This document shows, piece by piece, positions 11,003-25,200 of a DNA stretch of 64,000 nt. This stretch comes from Malacoraja senta (lineage: Eukaryota). The first letter of the stretch is position 1. Each line of letters starts with the position of its first letter. The DNA lies in contig JAXLNO010000126.1 of NCBI GenBank assembly GCA_038087875.1, positions 1-64,000 on the forward strand, given 5' to 3'. The notes beneath the pieces are model-generated. The model worked only from the letters and a program-made list of their open reading frames with translations, had not been told where the DNA came from and did not search any database. A program made the translations under genes and the position numbers.

Positions 11003-13716
11003 ACTGATCCTGAATCTATTGAACATTGGAAAATGATCACCAATGCGTCCACTATTTCTAGAGCCACCTCCCTGAGGACCCTGGGATGCAGACCATCAGG
11101 CCCAGGGGATTTATCATCCTTCAGTCCCATTAGCCTACCCAATACTATTTCTCACCTAATGAAAATTTCTTTCAGATCCTCTACCCCCTTAGATCCTCTG
11201 TTCTCCAGTACATCAGGGAGATTGTTTGTGTCTTCCTTAGTGAAGACAGATCCGAAGTACCTATTCAACTCTTCTGCCATTTCCTTGTTGCCCATAATAA
11301 TTTCACCCGTGTCTGCCTTCAAGGGACCCACATTTGACTTTGCTACTCTATTTCCCTTAACATACCTAAAGAAGCTTTTACTGTCCTTCTTTATATTCCT
11401 GGCCAGCTTCCCATCGTACTTCATCTTTTCAGCCCGTATTGCCCGTTTTGTTTCCTTCAGTTGTCCTATGAAAGTTTCCCAATCCTCTGGATTCCGGCTA
11501 CTCTTTGCTGTGTTATACATCTTTTCTTTAAGTTTTATTCTATCCTTAACTTCTCTTGTCAGCCACGGTTGCCTCCTACTCCCCTTAGAATCTTTCTTCC
11601 TTTTTGGAATGAAATGATCCTGCGTCTCCCGGATTATGCCCAGAAATTCCTCCCATTGCTGTTCCACCGTCATTCCTGCTAGGATCCCTTTCCAGTCTAC
11701 TTTGGCCAACTCCCCTGTCATGCCTTCATAGTCCCCTTTGTTCAACTGCATCACTGCCACTTCCGATTTAACATTCTCCTTCTCAAATTGCAGATTAAAA
11801 TTAATCATATTATGATCACTACCTCGAAGCGGTTCATAGAAACATAGAAACATAGAAAATAGGTGCAGGAGTAGGCCATTGGGCCCTTCGAGCCTACACC
11901 GCCATTCAATATGATCATGGCTGATCATCCAACTCAGTATCCTGTACATGCCTTCTCTCCATACCCACTTTACCTTTGTTCCTTTACCTCGAGTTCTCTT
12001 ATCATATCTGGTTCATTGGACAACACTAAATCCAGAATTGCCTTTTCTCTGGTCGGCTCCATTACAAGCTGCTCTAAGAATCCATCCCAGACGCATTCTA
12101 CAAACTCTCGTTCTTGGGGTCCTGAACCAACCTGATTTTCCCAGTCTACCTGCATATTGATATCCCCCATCACCACAGTGGCATTACCTTTGTTACATGC
12201 CAGTTTTAACTCCTGCTGCGACTTACTTTCTCTGGAACTCTCTGCCACAGAGGGTAGTTGAGGCCAGTTCATTGGCTATATTTAAGAGGGAGTTAGATGT
12301 GGCCCTTGTGGCTAAGGGGATCAGGGGGTATGGAGAGAAGGCAGGTACAGGATACTGAGTTGGATGATCAGCCATGATCATATTGAATGGCGGTGCAGGC
12401 TCGAAGGGCCGAATGTCCTACTCCTGCACCTATTTTCTATGTTTCTATGTATCTATGAAACCATGCCGGCCTAGTTATGTAATTCCATTCAATTTGTCAG
12501 AGTTTAGTTTAGTTTAGAGATACAGTGTGGAAACAGGCCCTTCGGCCCACCAAGTCCGCACCGACCAGCGATCTCCGCACACTAACACTATCTTCCACGC
12601 ACCTACTCCTGCACCTATTTTCTATGTATCTATGTATCTATACACCGTACATCCGGGCCACTATTTGGGGGTATGTAAATAACACCAATTAGTGTCTTCT
12701 TGCCATTACAATTCCTCAACTCAATCCACAGTGACTCTACCTCGTCAGTCCCTATGTCTTCCCTTGCAAGGGACTGAATTCCATCCTTCACCAGCAGAGC
12801 TACCCCCCCCCCTCCTCTACCCACCTGCCTGTCCTTTCTGTAGGATGTATAACCCTGAATATTAAGTTCCCAGGCCCGATCCTCCTGCAGCCACGTCTCA
12901 GTAATCCCCACAATGTCATATCTACCAACCTCTAACTGAGCCTCAAGCTCATCTACTTTACTTCTTATACTTCGTGCATTCATATACAATACTTTTAATT
13001 CCTTACGCATCTCACCTTTCACATCGATCCCTATTACACTTGGCCATACACTCCTATCCCTTTGTGAGCTCCCTTTCCCGTTAATTCTGGGGTCATTAAC
13101 CATCCCCTTACTCTCTTTCCCTTTAACTCCTTCCTCGACTATCCCATTTGACGCCCCACCCCCGTTATTCAGTTTAAAACCACCCGTGTAGCAGTGGCGA
13201 ACCTGCCTGCCAGAATGCACACCCCCCACCTGTTAAGATGCAATCCGTCCCTATTATACAGTTCCCCCTTACTCCGAAACAGATCCCAGTGATCTAAGAA
13301 TCTAAATCCCTGCCCCCTGCACCAGTTCCTCAGCCACACATTCAGGTCCCATATCTCCCTGTTCCTGCTCTCGCCAGCACGAGGAACTGGATGCAAACCG
13401 GAGATAACAACCCTGGAGGTCCTGCCTTTCAGCATTTTTCCGAGCTCTCTAAAGTTACGCTGCAGAATATTCATCCCCTTCTTTCCGACATCGTTTGTGC
13501 CGACATGCACTACCACTTCCGGCTGTTCACCTTCGCCCTTGAGGATTTTCTGCACTCTGTCCATGACATCCTGGATCCTGGCACCAGGAAGGCAGCACGC
13601 CATCCTCGAATCCCGTCTGTTGCCGCAGAAACCCCTGTCCGTACCTCTCACAATGGAGACTCCAACTGCAATGGCGTTGCCTGACGTTGGCCTCTTTGGT
13701 TTTGGCTCAACAGCCC
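11003..13716 (-). mobile_element. Composite CR1 (ORF1 SGNH esterase, APE endonuclease, start of RT) with nested CR1 3' ends
   Basis: Esterase motifs CCLPGARI...VVVHVGTND...DGLHLN; endonuclease motifs NARSIRSK, IVGITETW, SDHNMI; then KSPGPDGLHPRVL. Confidence 0.9.
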
Positions 13717-13775
13717 TTTTTGCTTGTTGGTGAGAGTTGTGGGGGACATATTTGTGTAGGAGGTTTCTCCTCTTT
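13716..13775 (-). CDS. Candidate short cytoplasmic exon of the IgSF receptor; splice donor lost at a CR1 junction
   Basis: Acceptor ACTTTCAG|AA, phase 1, 60 nt, (E)RGETSYTNMSPTTLTNKQK. Contains YTNM (YxxM/YxN). Runs directly into CR1 ORF1 sequence. Confidence 0.45.
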
Positions 13776-13916
13776 CTGAAAGTTGTTAAAACACAGAGGG
13801 GTCAGGCTCCAAATGGAAACAAAAAAAGCGACATGCAGAATTTGAAGCTTTTGCAGAAACTGGAGATGAAAGAAGTAATACTGAGAATGTTGCTGTGACC
13901 CAGTGCAAACCTTTAC

Positions 13917-13952
13917 CATCAGAAGAAACAACTGCCACATCCAAAGGTAGTG
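13917..13952 (-). CDS. Candidate 36-nt cytoplasmic exon of the IgSF receptor
   Basis: TGTACAG|CA...GATG|GTAAAG, phase 1-1, xLPLDVAVVSSD. Confidence 0.4.
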
Positions 13953-13967
13953 CTGTACAATTGTTTA

Positions 13968-14577
13968 ACCTGGTCATGGTACACCAGTCATTGAAAGTAG
14001 GCATGCAGGTGCAGCAGGCAGTGAAGAAAGCCAATGGTATGTTAGCATTCATAGCAAAAGAATTTGAGTTTAGGAGCAGGGAGGTTCTACTGCAGTTGTA
14101 CAGGGTCTTGGTGAGTATTGCGTACAGTTTTGGTCTCCTAATCTGAGGAAAGACATTCTTGCCATAGAGGGAGTACAGAGAAGGTTCACCAGACTGATTC
14201 CTGGGATGTCAGGACTTTCATATGAAGAAAGACTGGATAGACTTGGCATGTACTCGCTAGAATTTAGAAGATTGAGGGGGCATCTTATAGAAACTTACAA
14301 AATTCTTAAGGGGTTGGACAGACTAGATGCAGGAAGATTGTTCCCGATGTTGGGGAAGTCCAGGACAAGGGGTCACAGTTTAAGGATAAAGGGGAAATCC
14401 TTTAGGACCGAGATGAACTCTGGAACTCTCTGTCACAGAAGGTAGTTGAGGCCAGTTCATTGGCTATATTTAAGAGGGAGTTAGATGTGGCCCTTGTGGG
14501 TAAAGGGATCAGGGGGTATGGAGAGAAGGCAGGTACAGGATACAGAGTTGGATGATCAGCCATGATCATATTGAATG
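13968..14577 (+). mobile_element. CR1 3' fragment
   Basis: VGMQVQQAVKKANGMLAFI and YEERLDRLG motifs, followed by the CR1 3' UTR. Confidence 0.9.
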
Positions 14578-15638
14578 TTACGTATTGGGCCGAGAGAGAA
14601 GAGCGGAGAGATTGGGAAGAGAGAGTGAAAGAGAGCAGAGGGAGAAGAGCGGAAGAGAAGAGGGGGGGGGGTAGGGAGGAGGGGGGATGGGGGAGGGGAG
14701 CAGAGGGGCTAGAGAGGGGAAAAACACTGTACCATCCACCATATCTATGCTTAATGACATTCTTCCCAAATGGCAAATGACTAGTACTGTGCATGATAAT
14801 CAAGTGTGGTCTCACCACACCGACTTCTAAAATTGCAACAAGGTTTCCCAGTTCCTGTACTGCAATCTGAAGTTGTGCAGAACAAAATTAACGTACCATG
14901 TACCAGATTAACCAAATGAGGAAGTTAAGAGTAGAATCATACAATCTTACAACATAGAAACAGGCCACAGTTTCACAGTTAGCCACACGAGCACTGTTAA
15001 AACTCACTGTTCTGTTGCTGGATGATATTTTATAAACCTTGTTGTTACGCAGAGCTACGCCTCCTTTCAACCATAAAATTGTGTCTGTTTCCCCATTTTT
15101 CACGATACATTTAAGACGTATTTTTTGATTAATGTCAATTCGAGTTTGAATTATCAGTGGCACTTTCAACATTTCTGCATCAAAGAAGAACAAATGAAAG
15201 CAACAAAGCATCTTGTATTGATAAAACGCTAAGGTCAGACAGTTACGTATTGGGCCGAGAGAGAAGAGCGGAGAGATTGGGAAGAGAGAGAGAGTGAAAG
15301 AGAGCAGAGGGAGAAGAGCGGAAGAGAAGAGGGGGGGGGGGGGTAGGGAGGAGGGGGGATGGGGGAGGGGAGCAGAGGGGCTAGAGAGGGGAAAAATACT
15401 GTACCATCCACCATATCTATGCTTAATGACATTCTTCCCAAATGGCAAATGACTAGTACTGTGCATGATAATCAAGTGTGGTCTCACCACACCGACTTCT
15501 AAAATTGCAACAAGGTTTCCCAGTTCCTGTACTGCAATCTGAAGGTGTGCAAAACAAAATTAACGTACCATGTACCAGATTAACCAAATGAGGAAGTTAA
15601 GAGTAGAATCATACAATCTTACAACATAGAAACAGGCC
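14578..15638. repeat. Local ~390-bp direct duplication (14578-14966 and ~15243-15638)
   Basis: Both copies run from TTACGTATTGGGCCGAGAG to CATAGAAACAGGCCA and are nearly identical. Confidence 0.92.
14967..15174 (-). CDS. IgSF receptor exon 3: C2/I-type Ig domain, truncated near the F strand
   Basis: Acceptor TTCTTTGATGCAG|AA, phase 1. Encodes EMLKVPLIIQTRIDINQKIRLKCIVKNGETDTILWLKGGVALRNNKVYKISSSNRTVSFNSARVANCET, with B-strand Cys and C-strand Trp. Interrupted by the duplicated segment. Confidence 0.8.
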
Positions 15639-15834
15639 ATTCGGCCCACCTAATCCATGCTAACCAAGAAGCCCCATCTACACTAGTCCCATCTGCCTGC
15701 ATAATAGGACATGACAGCAACTCCGGGAAGGGTAGTGAAAGGCCGATTGGTTCAGGAGCCTGAAAGCAGTGGGGAAAGTGCTGTTCACAAGTCTGGGTTT
15801 CTGGACTTTCAAGCTCCTGTATCTTCTCCCAAAA

Positions 15835-16330
15835 GGAAGAGAGTACAGAGGAGATTTACTAGAATGTTGCCTGGGTTTCAGCACCTAAATTACAGAGAAA
15901 GGTTGAACAAGTTAAGTCTTTATTCTTTGGAGCGCAGAAGGGGAGGACTTGATAGAGGTCTTTAAAATGATGAGAGGGATAGACAGAGTTGACGTGGATA
16001 AGCTTTTTCCATTGAGAGTAGGGAAGATTCAAACAAGAGGACATGATTTGAGAATTAAAGGACAGAAGTTTAGGAGTAACATGAGGGGGAACTTCTTTAC
16101 TCAGAGAGTGGTAGCTGTGTGGAATGAGCTTCCAGTGGAAGTGGTGGAGGCAGGTTCGATTTTATCATTTAAAAATAAATTGGATAGGTATATGGACGGG
16201 AAAGAAATGGAGGGGTATGATCTGAGTGCAGGTAGATGGGATTAGGTGAGAGTAAGTGTTCGGCACGGACTAGAAGGGCCGAGATGGCCTGTTTCCGTGC
16301 TGTAATTATTATATGGTTATATGGTTATAT
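15835..16330 (+). mobile_element. CR1 3' fragment
   Basis: RVQRRFTRMLPG and TRGHDLRIKG motifs; same subfamily as 3505-4420. Confidence 0.88.
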
Positions 16331-16639
16331 GGAATGGCCGAATGGCCTTGTCCTGCACCTATTGTCTGTTGAAAGGGGAATGGTCAGGGTCTCAGGCAGA
16401 CTGGATGATACTAAGAGCCTTCCTGATGTGACGCATCATGAAGATGGATGATGCAAGGAAGTGACCAGCCTATGATAGACTGGGAGGTGTTCACCACAGC
16501 CAGGAGGTCGAGAGCAGAGCAGTTGCCATAACCTATCAGAATAGTTTCAAAAGGACATCTGGAGAAGTTCGAAAGTAATCGTTGAGGATATGCCAAATTT
16601 TCTCAGATGCTCAAGGACGCAGATACACTGACATGTTTA

Positions 16640-19600
16640 AAAGAGAAACAAGGAACTGTAGATGCTGACTTACAAAAAAAGACAGAGGGTGCTGGAGCAA
16701 TTCAGTGGGTCAGGCAGCATCTCTGGACAACATGAACATTTTGTGTTGGGACCCTTCTTCAGAGTGATTGTGGGAGTTTGGGAGGGAGGCTTCTGTCTTG
16801 CCAGGTTCCCTGGATGGAGGCGAGGGAGTTTGTATAGGGACAGTTGTTACATCTCCTGCAGTTGCAGGGGAAAGTACCCGGGGAAGGTGTGGTTTGGGTG
16901 GGAAGAGATGAACGAGGGAGGGAACACGTTGGAGGTGGTGGAAATATCAGAGAATAGTAAGATTAAATGAGAACTTACCAGTTTGAAGTTTGATCTTTAT
17001 TTTATGAGGAGTTACGTTGGTGATTACGTGAAGAAGACCCGTCAGGGCGCCTGCGCGTCAATCTTCAAAGCAGCGGTGTGAAATCACAAACAACAAGAAC
17101 GAAGTAATATAGTAACCTAATAAAACGAGTAAATTAAGAACTTCCATCTGACCTTTATGATAGAGGGTTGAGCGTGGTGGGCACGTAATCACCAACGTAA
17201 CTCCTCATAAAATAAAGATCAAACTTCAAACTGGTAAGTTCTCGTTTAATCTTACTATTTTACTTCGGAGTCACGCGAGTGACTACGTGAACATTTTAAA
17301 GCTTTGTGATCTAATGCCGCAGATACAAATCCCGACTTCTCACTGCATTGATTGACTCGGAACGAGAAATAATCAATCATGCATTAATAATGACATTTGC
17401 ATGACAAATGCAGTAATTCATTTATTTGAATAATAGAATTAACAGTATCCCCTTTAATCGGCCACCATTTAGATAATAGTCTACTTTCCTGTTTTTGCCA
17501 CCAAAGTGGATAACCTCACATAATTATGTTCACATTATTATCGTGAGGTTTTTGTTCAGACCGAAAGGTCTGAATGACAAATAAAGGAATCTCTAATCTC
17601 TAATCTTTAATTATACTGCATCTGCCATGCATTTGCCCACTCACCCAGCCTATCCAAGTCACCTTGCAGCTTCCTAGCATCCTCCTCACAGCTAACACTG
17701 CCCCCAGCTTCGTGTCATCCTCAAACTTGGTGATGTTGCATTCAATTCCCTCGTTCAAATCATTACTATATATTGTAAATAGCTGGGGTCCCAGCACTGA
17801 GCCTTGCGGTACCCCACTAGTCACTGCCTGCCATTCTGAAAAGGACCCGTTTACTCCTACTCTTTGCTTCCTGTTTGCCAGCCAGTTCTCTATCCACAAT
17901 AATACTGAACCCCCAATACCATGTGCTTTAACTTTGTATACTAATCTCTTATGTGGGACCTTGTCGAAAGCCTTCTGAAAGTCCAGATATAACACATCCA
18001 CTGGTTCTCCCTTATCCACTCTACTAGTTACATCCTCGAAAAATTCTATAAGATTCGTCAGACATGATTTACCTTTCGTAAATCCATGCTGACTTTGTCC
18101 AATGATTTCACCACTTTCCAAATGTGCTGCTATCCCATCTTTAATAACTGACTCTAGCAGTTTCCCCACTACCGATGTCAGACTAACTGGTCTGTAATTC
18201 CCCGTTTTCTCTCTCCCTCCCTTTTTAAAAAGGGGGGTTACATTAGCTACCCTCCAATCCTCAGGAACTACTCCAGAATCTAAGGAGCTTGGAAAAATTA
18301 TCACTAATGCATCCACTATTTCTGGGGCTACTTCCTTAAGTACTCTGGGATGCAGCCTATCTGGACCTGGGGATTTATCAGCCTTTAATCCATTCAATTT
18401 ACCTAACACCACTTCCTGGCTAACCTGGATTTCACTCAGTTCCTCTATCTCATTTGACCCGCGGTCCCCTGCTATTTCCGGCAGATTATTTATGTCTTCC
18501 TTAGTGAAGACAGAACCAAAGTAGTTATTCAATTGGTCTGCCATCATCCAGTTAAGCCATCCACATCTGTCCTTGGGCTCTAATTAGCCCCAAAATTGGT
18601 TTTACCAATTTAGTGAAATTCTAGGAACTGAAGTTAACCTGTTAGACAGAACTTTGAATTGCCATAATTGTTCATTCAGATAAATGTTCAATATTTTTAT
18701 CTTACAAATGTACAGACACTAAGTAATATACATCTTTCAGATCTATGTGCCATATAACATCTTTTGAAATGTTGTTTGGCAGTCTCAAAGTATCCATTTT
18801 GAAGTGTCTATACTTCACAAAATTTTAAAGACTTGTCAGACCTAAAATACTCCTCACCTTTTTAGGTTGAGAAATTTTAAACACAATTTGGTGGTTTTGA
18901 TAAACCGACCTTTCAATTACTTGTTTATAGACAAGTTTTCAATTCAGCTTGAACCTCCATCAATTATTTTTTATGTGAAATTGGAGTGTTCTGCTTGGAA
19001 CATGCTGGATGGCAAATCAGTATTTGAATCAAATCAATTCAAAACCTTTCTATAATACTCAGAATAATAACGGAAATAATTTGCTTCCAATATTTGGCTG
19101 TTTTTGCCTTAATATGTTCCCATGTGAACCAGGTCCACCTACCTCCTTTGTCATCTGAGTGACCTGTGGTCCCTGGCTCCTGGCAGGTAAAACCCACGCT
19201 TTTTCGTTTTCCTGCTGCAGGGCACCAACTGCGCCCCTGCTTCAATGGTCGATTTGTTCCTGATGTAGGCCCAGGATTTTGTATGATGTCTGAAAGGATA
19301 CCTCCTCTTTGCAGACTTGCCGACCATTGATGTTTTGATCAACCTTGCTGTTTTTGCCTCATCATCCAACTCTTTCCCACGTTTCATGAGGTTTTTTCTC
19401 TGAAGAATAAGTTGAATGACTGCACATTGCTGGGCTTTACAGAGTTGCTGCAACTTTGGGTTGATGGTGGACCGAATGGCATACTTCCTGAAACAATTCA
19501 TCTCGAAGTGGGCGCTACATAGCAACCCTAGTGCCTCTTGATGCACCTCCATCCCTGGCGTCCATCCATTGTTTTGCAAATTGCAGTTGTTCATCAACCC

Positions 19601-21220
19601 AGCAGCTTCAATATTCTCTGCAGTTTTACTTTTCTTAGGCTCACATGCCTTCGCCCATCTGACCCCTTATATCTTGGTTCACTGCTAGTACTTTCAGCAA
19701 TACGCAGTTCCTTGGGGTCTCGTGCTTTTTTGGCATTTTCATCCATCGTAAGCTACTGAAGCTGATGGAAGACACAATAGTTGATCGCAGAGGCCACTTC
19801 CTTTCCCAGTGGCTCTCCTGACTCTGACAGCGAATCGTACTGCCAGGAGTAAACATCTGGCAGCTGTCGTCTTCGCTTGTATCGGCCTCACCGTCAGACT
19901 CAGGGTCAGAACTCTCACAGAGCAGCAAATCGTACTGCCAGAAATAGCCCATCTGGCAGCTGCCGTCTTCGCTTGTTTTGGAAAAACTCTGCTGACCCTG
20001 TGCACGCGCCTCATCAATGAGGGTGCTCTAAAAACAGCTCTTTGCTAGGTGCTGCTGACCTGGCTTCTGGAGCCTGGCTTCGGCTACACTCTCCCTGAGT
20101 GTGCTTTTCTCCAGTAACCTGTGTAACAGGCTTTTCATCTGAGAAATTCGCTCCAAAAGCGGTATCCAGCCATGGAGTCGCATCCTCCCTCCGTGGGCCT
20201 CATGGACTTGACTTTAGCCGTGCGCCCCACTGGTGCTGACTGATTTATTTTCAACCCCAAGTCCACAGTCGCTACGCTCCCAGCCGGCGACTGTACAGGG
20301 GTCTGAGGCAGCTGTTTGCCGACCGCAATATTGCGACTTTCTACCAGGTTTGCCGCTCACCTCTTCCCCTTGTCCGTTTTTTCCATGGTACCTGTGGAAA
20401 AATCCCCACAGACCCATAGCAAACGGACCCGGAAATATCTAAAAAAGTTTTTTACTCACCTTGTAGTTTACAACTACATTTCCACTAGACCACGTCCGTT
20501 TGCGCCAATGCGTCTGACGCAATGACGCGCAGGCGCCCTGACGGGTCTTCTTCACGTAGTCACTCACGTGACTCCGAAGTAAAATGACATGTTGGTTGCA
20601 GAGGTTGGTGGGGTTAACAATGAGGACAAGGGGAACTCTATCCTGGTTTCCCCTGGGAGGAGGGGGGACGAGTGGTTAACTACGGGACACAGAGGAGGCG
20701 TGGGAGAGGGGTCCATCTATGACAGCAGGGTGGAAACCACATTTACTAAATAGGTCATGTCAGACGTCCTAGAATGGAAAGTATCATCGTGGGAGCAGAG
20801 GCAGCAGAGACGGAGGTATTGAAATGGGGGATAGCGTCTTTGCAAGAGGCAGGACGGGAAGAAATGTATTTCAGATAAAGGTTTGTAGCAGATGTCAGTC
20901 TGTCCTCTGTGATGGAGACAGAGAGATCAAGAAAGGGAAGAGAGGTTTCAGATATAGTCTGTGAATTTGAGGGCAGGGTAGAAGTTAGTGATAAAGTTAA
21001 TGACGTCTGCATGAGTGCAGGGAGTAGTCGTCGATGTAGTGGAGAAACAATAGAGAAGGCGCCAGTGTGTGTTTGGAACAAGGACTGTTCGATGTAACCA
21101 ACGAAAAGGAAGGCATAGCTGGGGCCCATGCAAGTACCCTTGGCCACACCTTTACCTTGGAGAAAGTGAGGAGTCAAAAGAGAAGTTGTTGAGGGTGAAG
21201 CCAAGTTCTGCCAGGCGGAC
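16640..21220 (-). mobile_element. Degenerate Penelope-like element split by the DIRS insertion (16640-16954 and 20585-21220)
   Basis: GVAKGTCMGPSYAFLFVGYIEQSLF and SLPFLDLSVSI RT motifs. PLE sequence is continuous across the DIRS ends. Confidence 0.75.
16955..20584 (-). mobile_element. DIRS1-like element, internally deleted, containing a CR1 fragment at 17450-18547
   Basis: Left ITR TTTTACTTCGGAGTCACGTGAGTGACTACGTGAAGA (20584 end), right end extension at 16955, and ICR at ~17182-17290. Gag-like ORF 19151-19597. RT runs up to MA*LDD at 18552. Confidence 0.88.
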
Positions 21221-21358
21221 GAGGGAGAGGGAGAGCGAGAGAGAGAGAGAGGGGGAGAGAGAGAGAGGGAGAGAGTGTACAAGGGAAAGCACAGGCATGT
21301 GGAATACTGTATATTGTCCCTCTTGCCACAGTTGAGAAATGGTTGATCATTGCCTTAC

Positions 21359-21712
21359 CTTGGATGTAAAGAATGCTGTGATGGTGACTTTTCTGTCCAT
21401 CCAAGCCAGGGTACGATATCAGGGTCTCATAAATCCCACTGTCTGCCAGATCTGCATTTATCAGCTGGAGAGATGCACTAGTCATGTTGTACACGACACG
21501 AAGCTGGTAGAAATCACCATAGTGGACATCGGTTGTCCCAAAAGTGTGAACCAAAATGACACTGTGAACAGAAGGATGTAGAACTGACCAGGTGATTGTG
21601 GTTCCAGAATCAAGCTGCATGCCAGTGTAGCCCACCAACGTAACATTGGATAAACGGATGGCAGATACATATGTTACTCCGGTAGACTTCTCTTGAGTGA
21701 ATATTGAGTAAA
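21359..21712 (-). CDS. IgSF receptor exon 2: V-type Ig domain without the canonical disulfide (CD2/SLAM/CEACAM/HEPACAM-like)
   Basis: TTTCTTGTAG| acceptor and CAAG|GTAAGG donor; 354 nt, phase 1-1, open. Motifs NVTL, ITW, RVVYN..ASLQL and DLADSGIYE. No cysteines. Confidence 0.88.
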
Positions 21713-22208
21713 CTACAAGAAACAAATCATCACAGATGTTAATGCATTTAGCAGTGAACCAGTGGATCACAATCAGTGTTCAGAGAAGACTGGAAGTAAT
21801 TGATTGGCCTTGCATTTCCCCTCCAGGGCAGCACCTGTATCACTGACTACACCACCACCTTCATGTACACAGCACTTGCACCGAGCCCATTCCAACACAA
21901 AGTACCACAGATATGAAACCCCCCCACCCCCAGTACAACCCCACATTCAGAACTTCCCTCTCCCCCCTTCTCCCCTGAACCCACATCAAGTCCAGCGACA
22001 TGGAAGGCAAATGCAATGCGAGCATTTATTTCCAGAGGACTAGAATGTAAAAACAGGGATGTAATGCTGAAGCTTTTTAAGGTGCTGGTCAGCCACATTT
22101 GGAGTATTGTGAGCAATTTTGGGCCCCATATCTGAGGGTGTGCTGGCTCTGGAGAGGGTCCAGAGGAGGTTTACAAGAATGATTCCAGGAATGATCACCC
22201 ACGCCAAA

Positions 22209-25200
22209 CTGTCCCCACCCCACACTGTCCCCACACTGTCCCGGTATCCACACTGTCCCTGTATCCACACTGTCCCTGTCCCCACTGTCCCCACACTGTC
22301 CACACACTGTCCCCAGTCTCCACACTGCCCCTGTCCCCACAGTCTCCACAATGTCCCTGTATCCACACTGTCTCCACACTGTCCCCACTGTCTCCACACC
22401 GTCCCCACACTGTCCCCACTTTCCCCACTGTCCCTATCTCCACAGTCCCCACACTGTCCCCACTTTCCCCACACTGTCCCTATCTCCACAGTCCCCACAC
22501 TGTCCCCACAGTCTCCACTGTCCCCGTCCCCACAGTCCCTGTTCCCACACGGTCCCCACTGTCCCCACACTATCTCCACTGCCCCCACACTATCTCCACT
22601 GTCCCCACACTGTCTCCACTGTCCCCACACTGTCTCCACTGTCCCCAACTGTCTCCACTGTCCCCACACTGTCTCCACTGTCCCCACACTGTCTCCACTG
22701 TCCCCACACTGCCTCCACTGTCCCCACACTGTCTCCACTGTCCCCACACTGTCTCCACTGTCCCCACACTGTCTCCACTGTCCCCACACTGTCTCCACTG
22801 TCCCCACACTGTCTCCACTGTCCCCACACTGTCCCCACACTGTCTCCACTGTCCCCACACTGTCCCCACACTGTCTCCACTGTCCCCACACTGTCTCCAC
22901 TGTCCCCACACTGTCTCCACTGTCCCCACACTGTCTCCACTGTCCCTCCACTGTCCCCACACTGTCCCCACACTGTCTCCACTGTCCCCACACTGTCTCC
23001 ACTGTCCCCACACTGTCTCCACTGTCCCCACACTGTCTCCACTGTCCCCACACTGTCTCCACTGTCTCCACTGTCCCCACACTGTCTCCACTGTCCCCAC
23101 ACTCTCTCCACTGTCCCCACACTGTCCCCACACTGTATCCACTGTCCCCACACTGTCTCCACTGTCCCCACACTATCTCCACGGTCCCCACACTGTCCCC
23201 ACTGTCTCCACTGTCCCCACACTGTCTCCACTGTCTCCACTGTCCCCACACTGTCTCCACTGTCCCCACACTGTCTCCACTGTCCCCACACTGTCTCCAC
23301 TGTCCCCACACTGTCCCCACTGTCTCCACTGTCTCCACTGTCCCCACACTGTCTCCACTGTCCCCACACTGTCTCCACTGTCCCCACACTGTCTCCACTG
23401 TCCCCACACTGTCTCCACTGTCCCCACACTGTCTCCACTGTCCCCACACTGTCTCCACTGTCCCCACACTGTCCCCACACTGTCTCCACTGTCCCCACAC
23501 TGTCTCCACTGTCCCCACACTGTCTCCACTGTCCCCACACTGTCCCCACACTGTCTCCACTGTCCCCACACTGTCTCCACTGTCCCCACACTGTCTCCAC
23601 TGTCCCCACACTGTCTCCACTGTCCCCACACTGTCTCCACTGTCCCCACACTGTCCCCACACTGTCTCCACTGTCCCCACACTGTCTCCACTGTCCCCAC
23701 ACTGTCTCCACTGTCCCCACACTGTCTCCACTGTCCCCACACTGTCTCCACTGTCCCCACACTATCTCCACTGTCCCCACTGTCTCCACTGTCCCCACAC
23801 TGTCTCCACTGTCCCCACACTGTCTCCACTGTCCCCACACTGTCTCCACACTGTCTCCACTGTCCCCACTGTCTCCACTGTCCCCACACTGTCTCCACTG
23901 TCCCCACACTGTCTCCACTGTCCCCACACTGTCTCCACTGTCCCCACACTGTCTCCACTGTCTCCACTGTCCCCACACTGTCTCCACTGTCCCCACACTG
24001 TCTCCACTGTCCCCACACTGTCTCCACTGTCCCCACACTGTCTCCACTGTCCCCACACTGTCTCCACTGTCCCCACACTGTCTCCACTGTCCCCCACACT
24101 GTCTCCACTGTCCCCACACTGTCTCCACTGTCCCCACACTGTCTCCACTGTCCCCACACTGTCTCCACTGTCCCCACACTGTCCCCACACTGTCTCCACT
24201 GTCCCCACACTGTCTCCACTGTCCCCACACTGTCTCCACTGTCCCCACACTGTCTCCACTGTCCCCACACTGTCTCCACTGTCCCCACACTGTCTCCACT
24301 GTCCCTACACTGTTTCCACTGTCCCCACACTGTCTCCACTGTCCCCACACTGTCTCCACTGTCCCCACACTGTCTCCACTGTCCCCACACTGTCTCCACT
24401 GTCCCCACACTGTCTCCACTGTCCCCACACTGTCTCCACTGTCCCCACACTGTCTCCACTGTCCCCCACACTGTCCCCACACTGTCTCCACTGTCCCCAC
24501 ACTGTCTCCACTGTCCCCACACTGTCTCCACTGTCCCCACACTGTCTCCACTGTCCCCACACTGTCTCCACTGTCCCCACACTGTCCCCACACTGTCTCC
24601 ACTGTCCCCACACTGTCTCCACTGTCCCCACACTGTCTCCACTGTCCCCACACTGTCTCCACTGTCCCCACACTGTCTCCACTATCCCCACACTGTCTCC
24701 ACTGTCCCCACACTGTCTCCACTGTCCCCACACTGTCTCCACTGTCCCCACACTGTCTCCACTGTCCCCACACTGTCTCCACTGTCCCCACACTGTCCCC
24801 ACACTGTCTCCACTGTCCCCACACTGTCTCCACTGTCCCCACACTGTCTCCACTGTCCCCACACTGTCTCCACTGTCCCCACACTGTCTCCACTGTCCCC
24901 ACACTGTCTCCACTGTCCCCACACTGTCCCCACACTGTCTCCACTGTCCCCACACTGTCTCCACTGTCCCCACACTGTCTCCACTGTCCCCACACTGTCT
25001 CCACTGTCCCCACACTGTCTCCACTGTCCCCACACTGTCTCCACTGTCCCCACACTGTCTCCACTGTCCCCACACTGTCCCCACACTGTCTCCACTGTCC
25101 CCACACTGTCTCCACTGTCCCCACACTGTCTCCACTGTCCCACACTGTCTCCACTGTCCCACACTGTCTCCACTGTCCCCACACTGTCCCCACACTGTCT

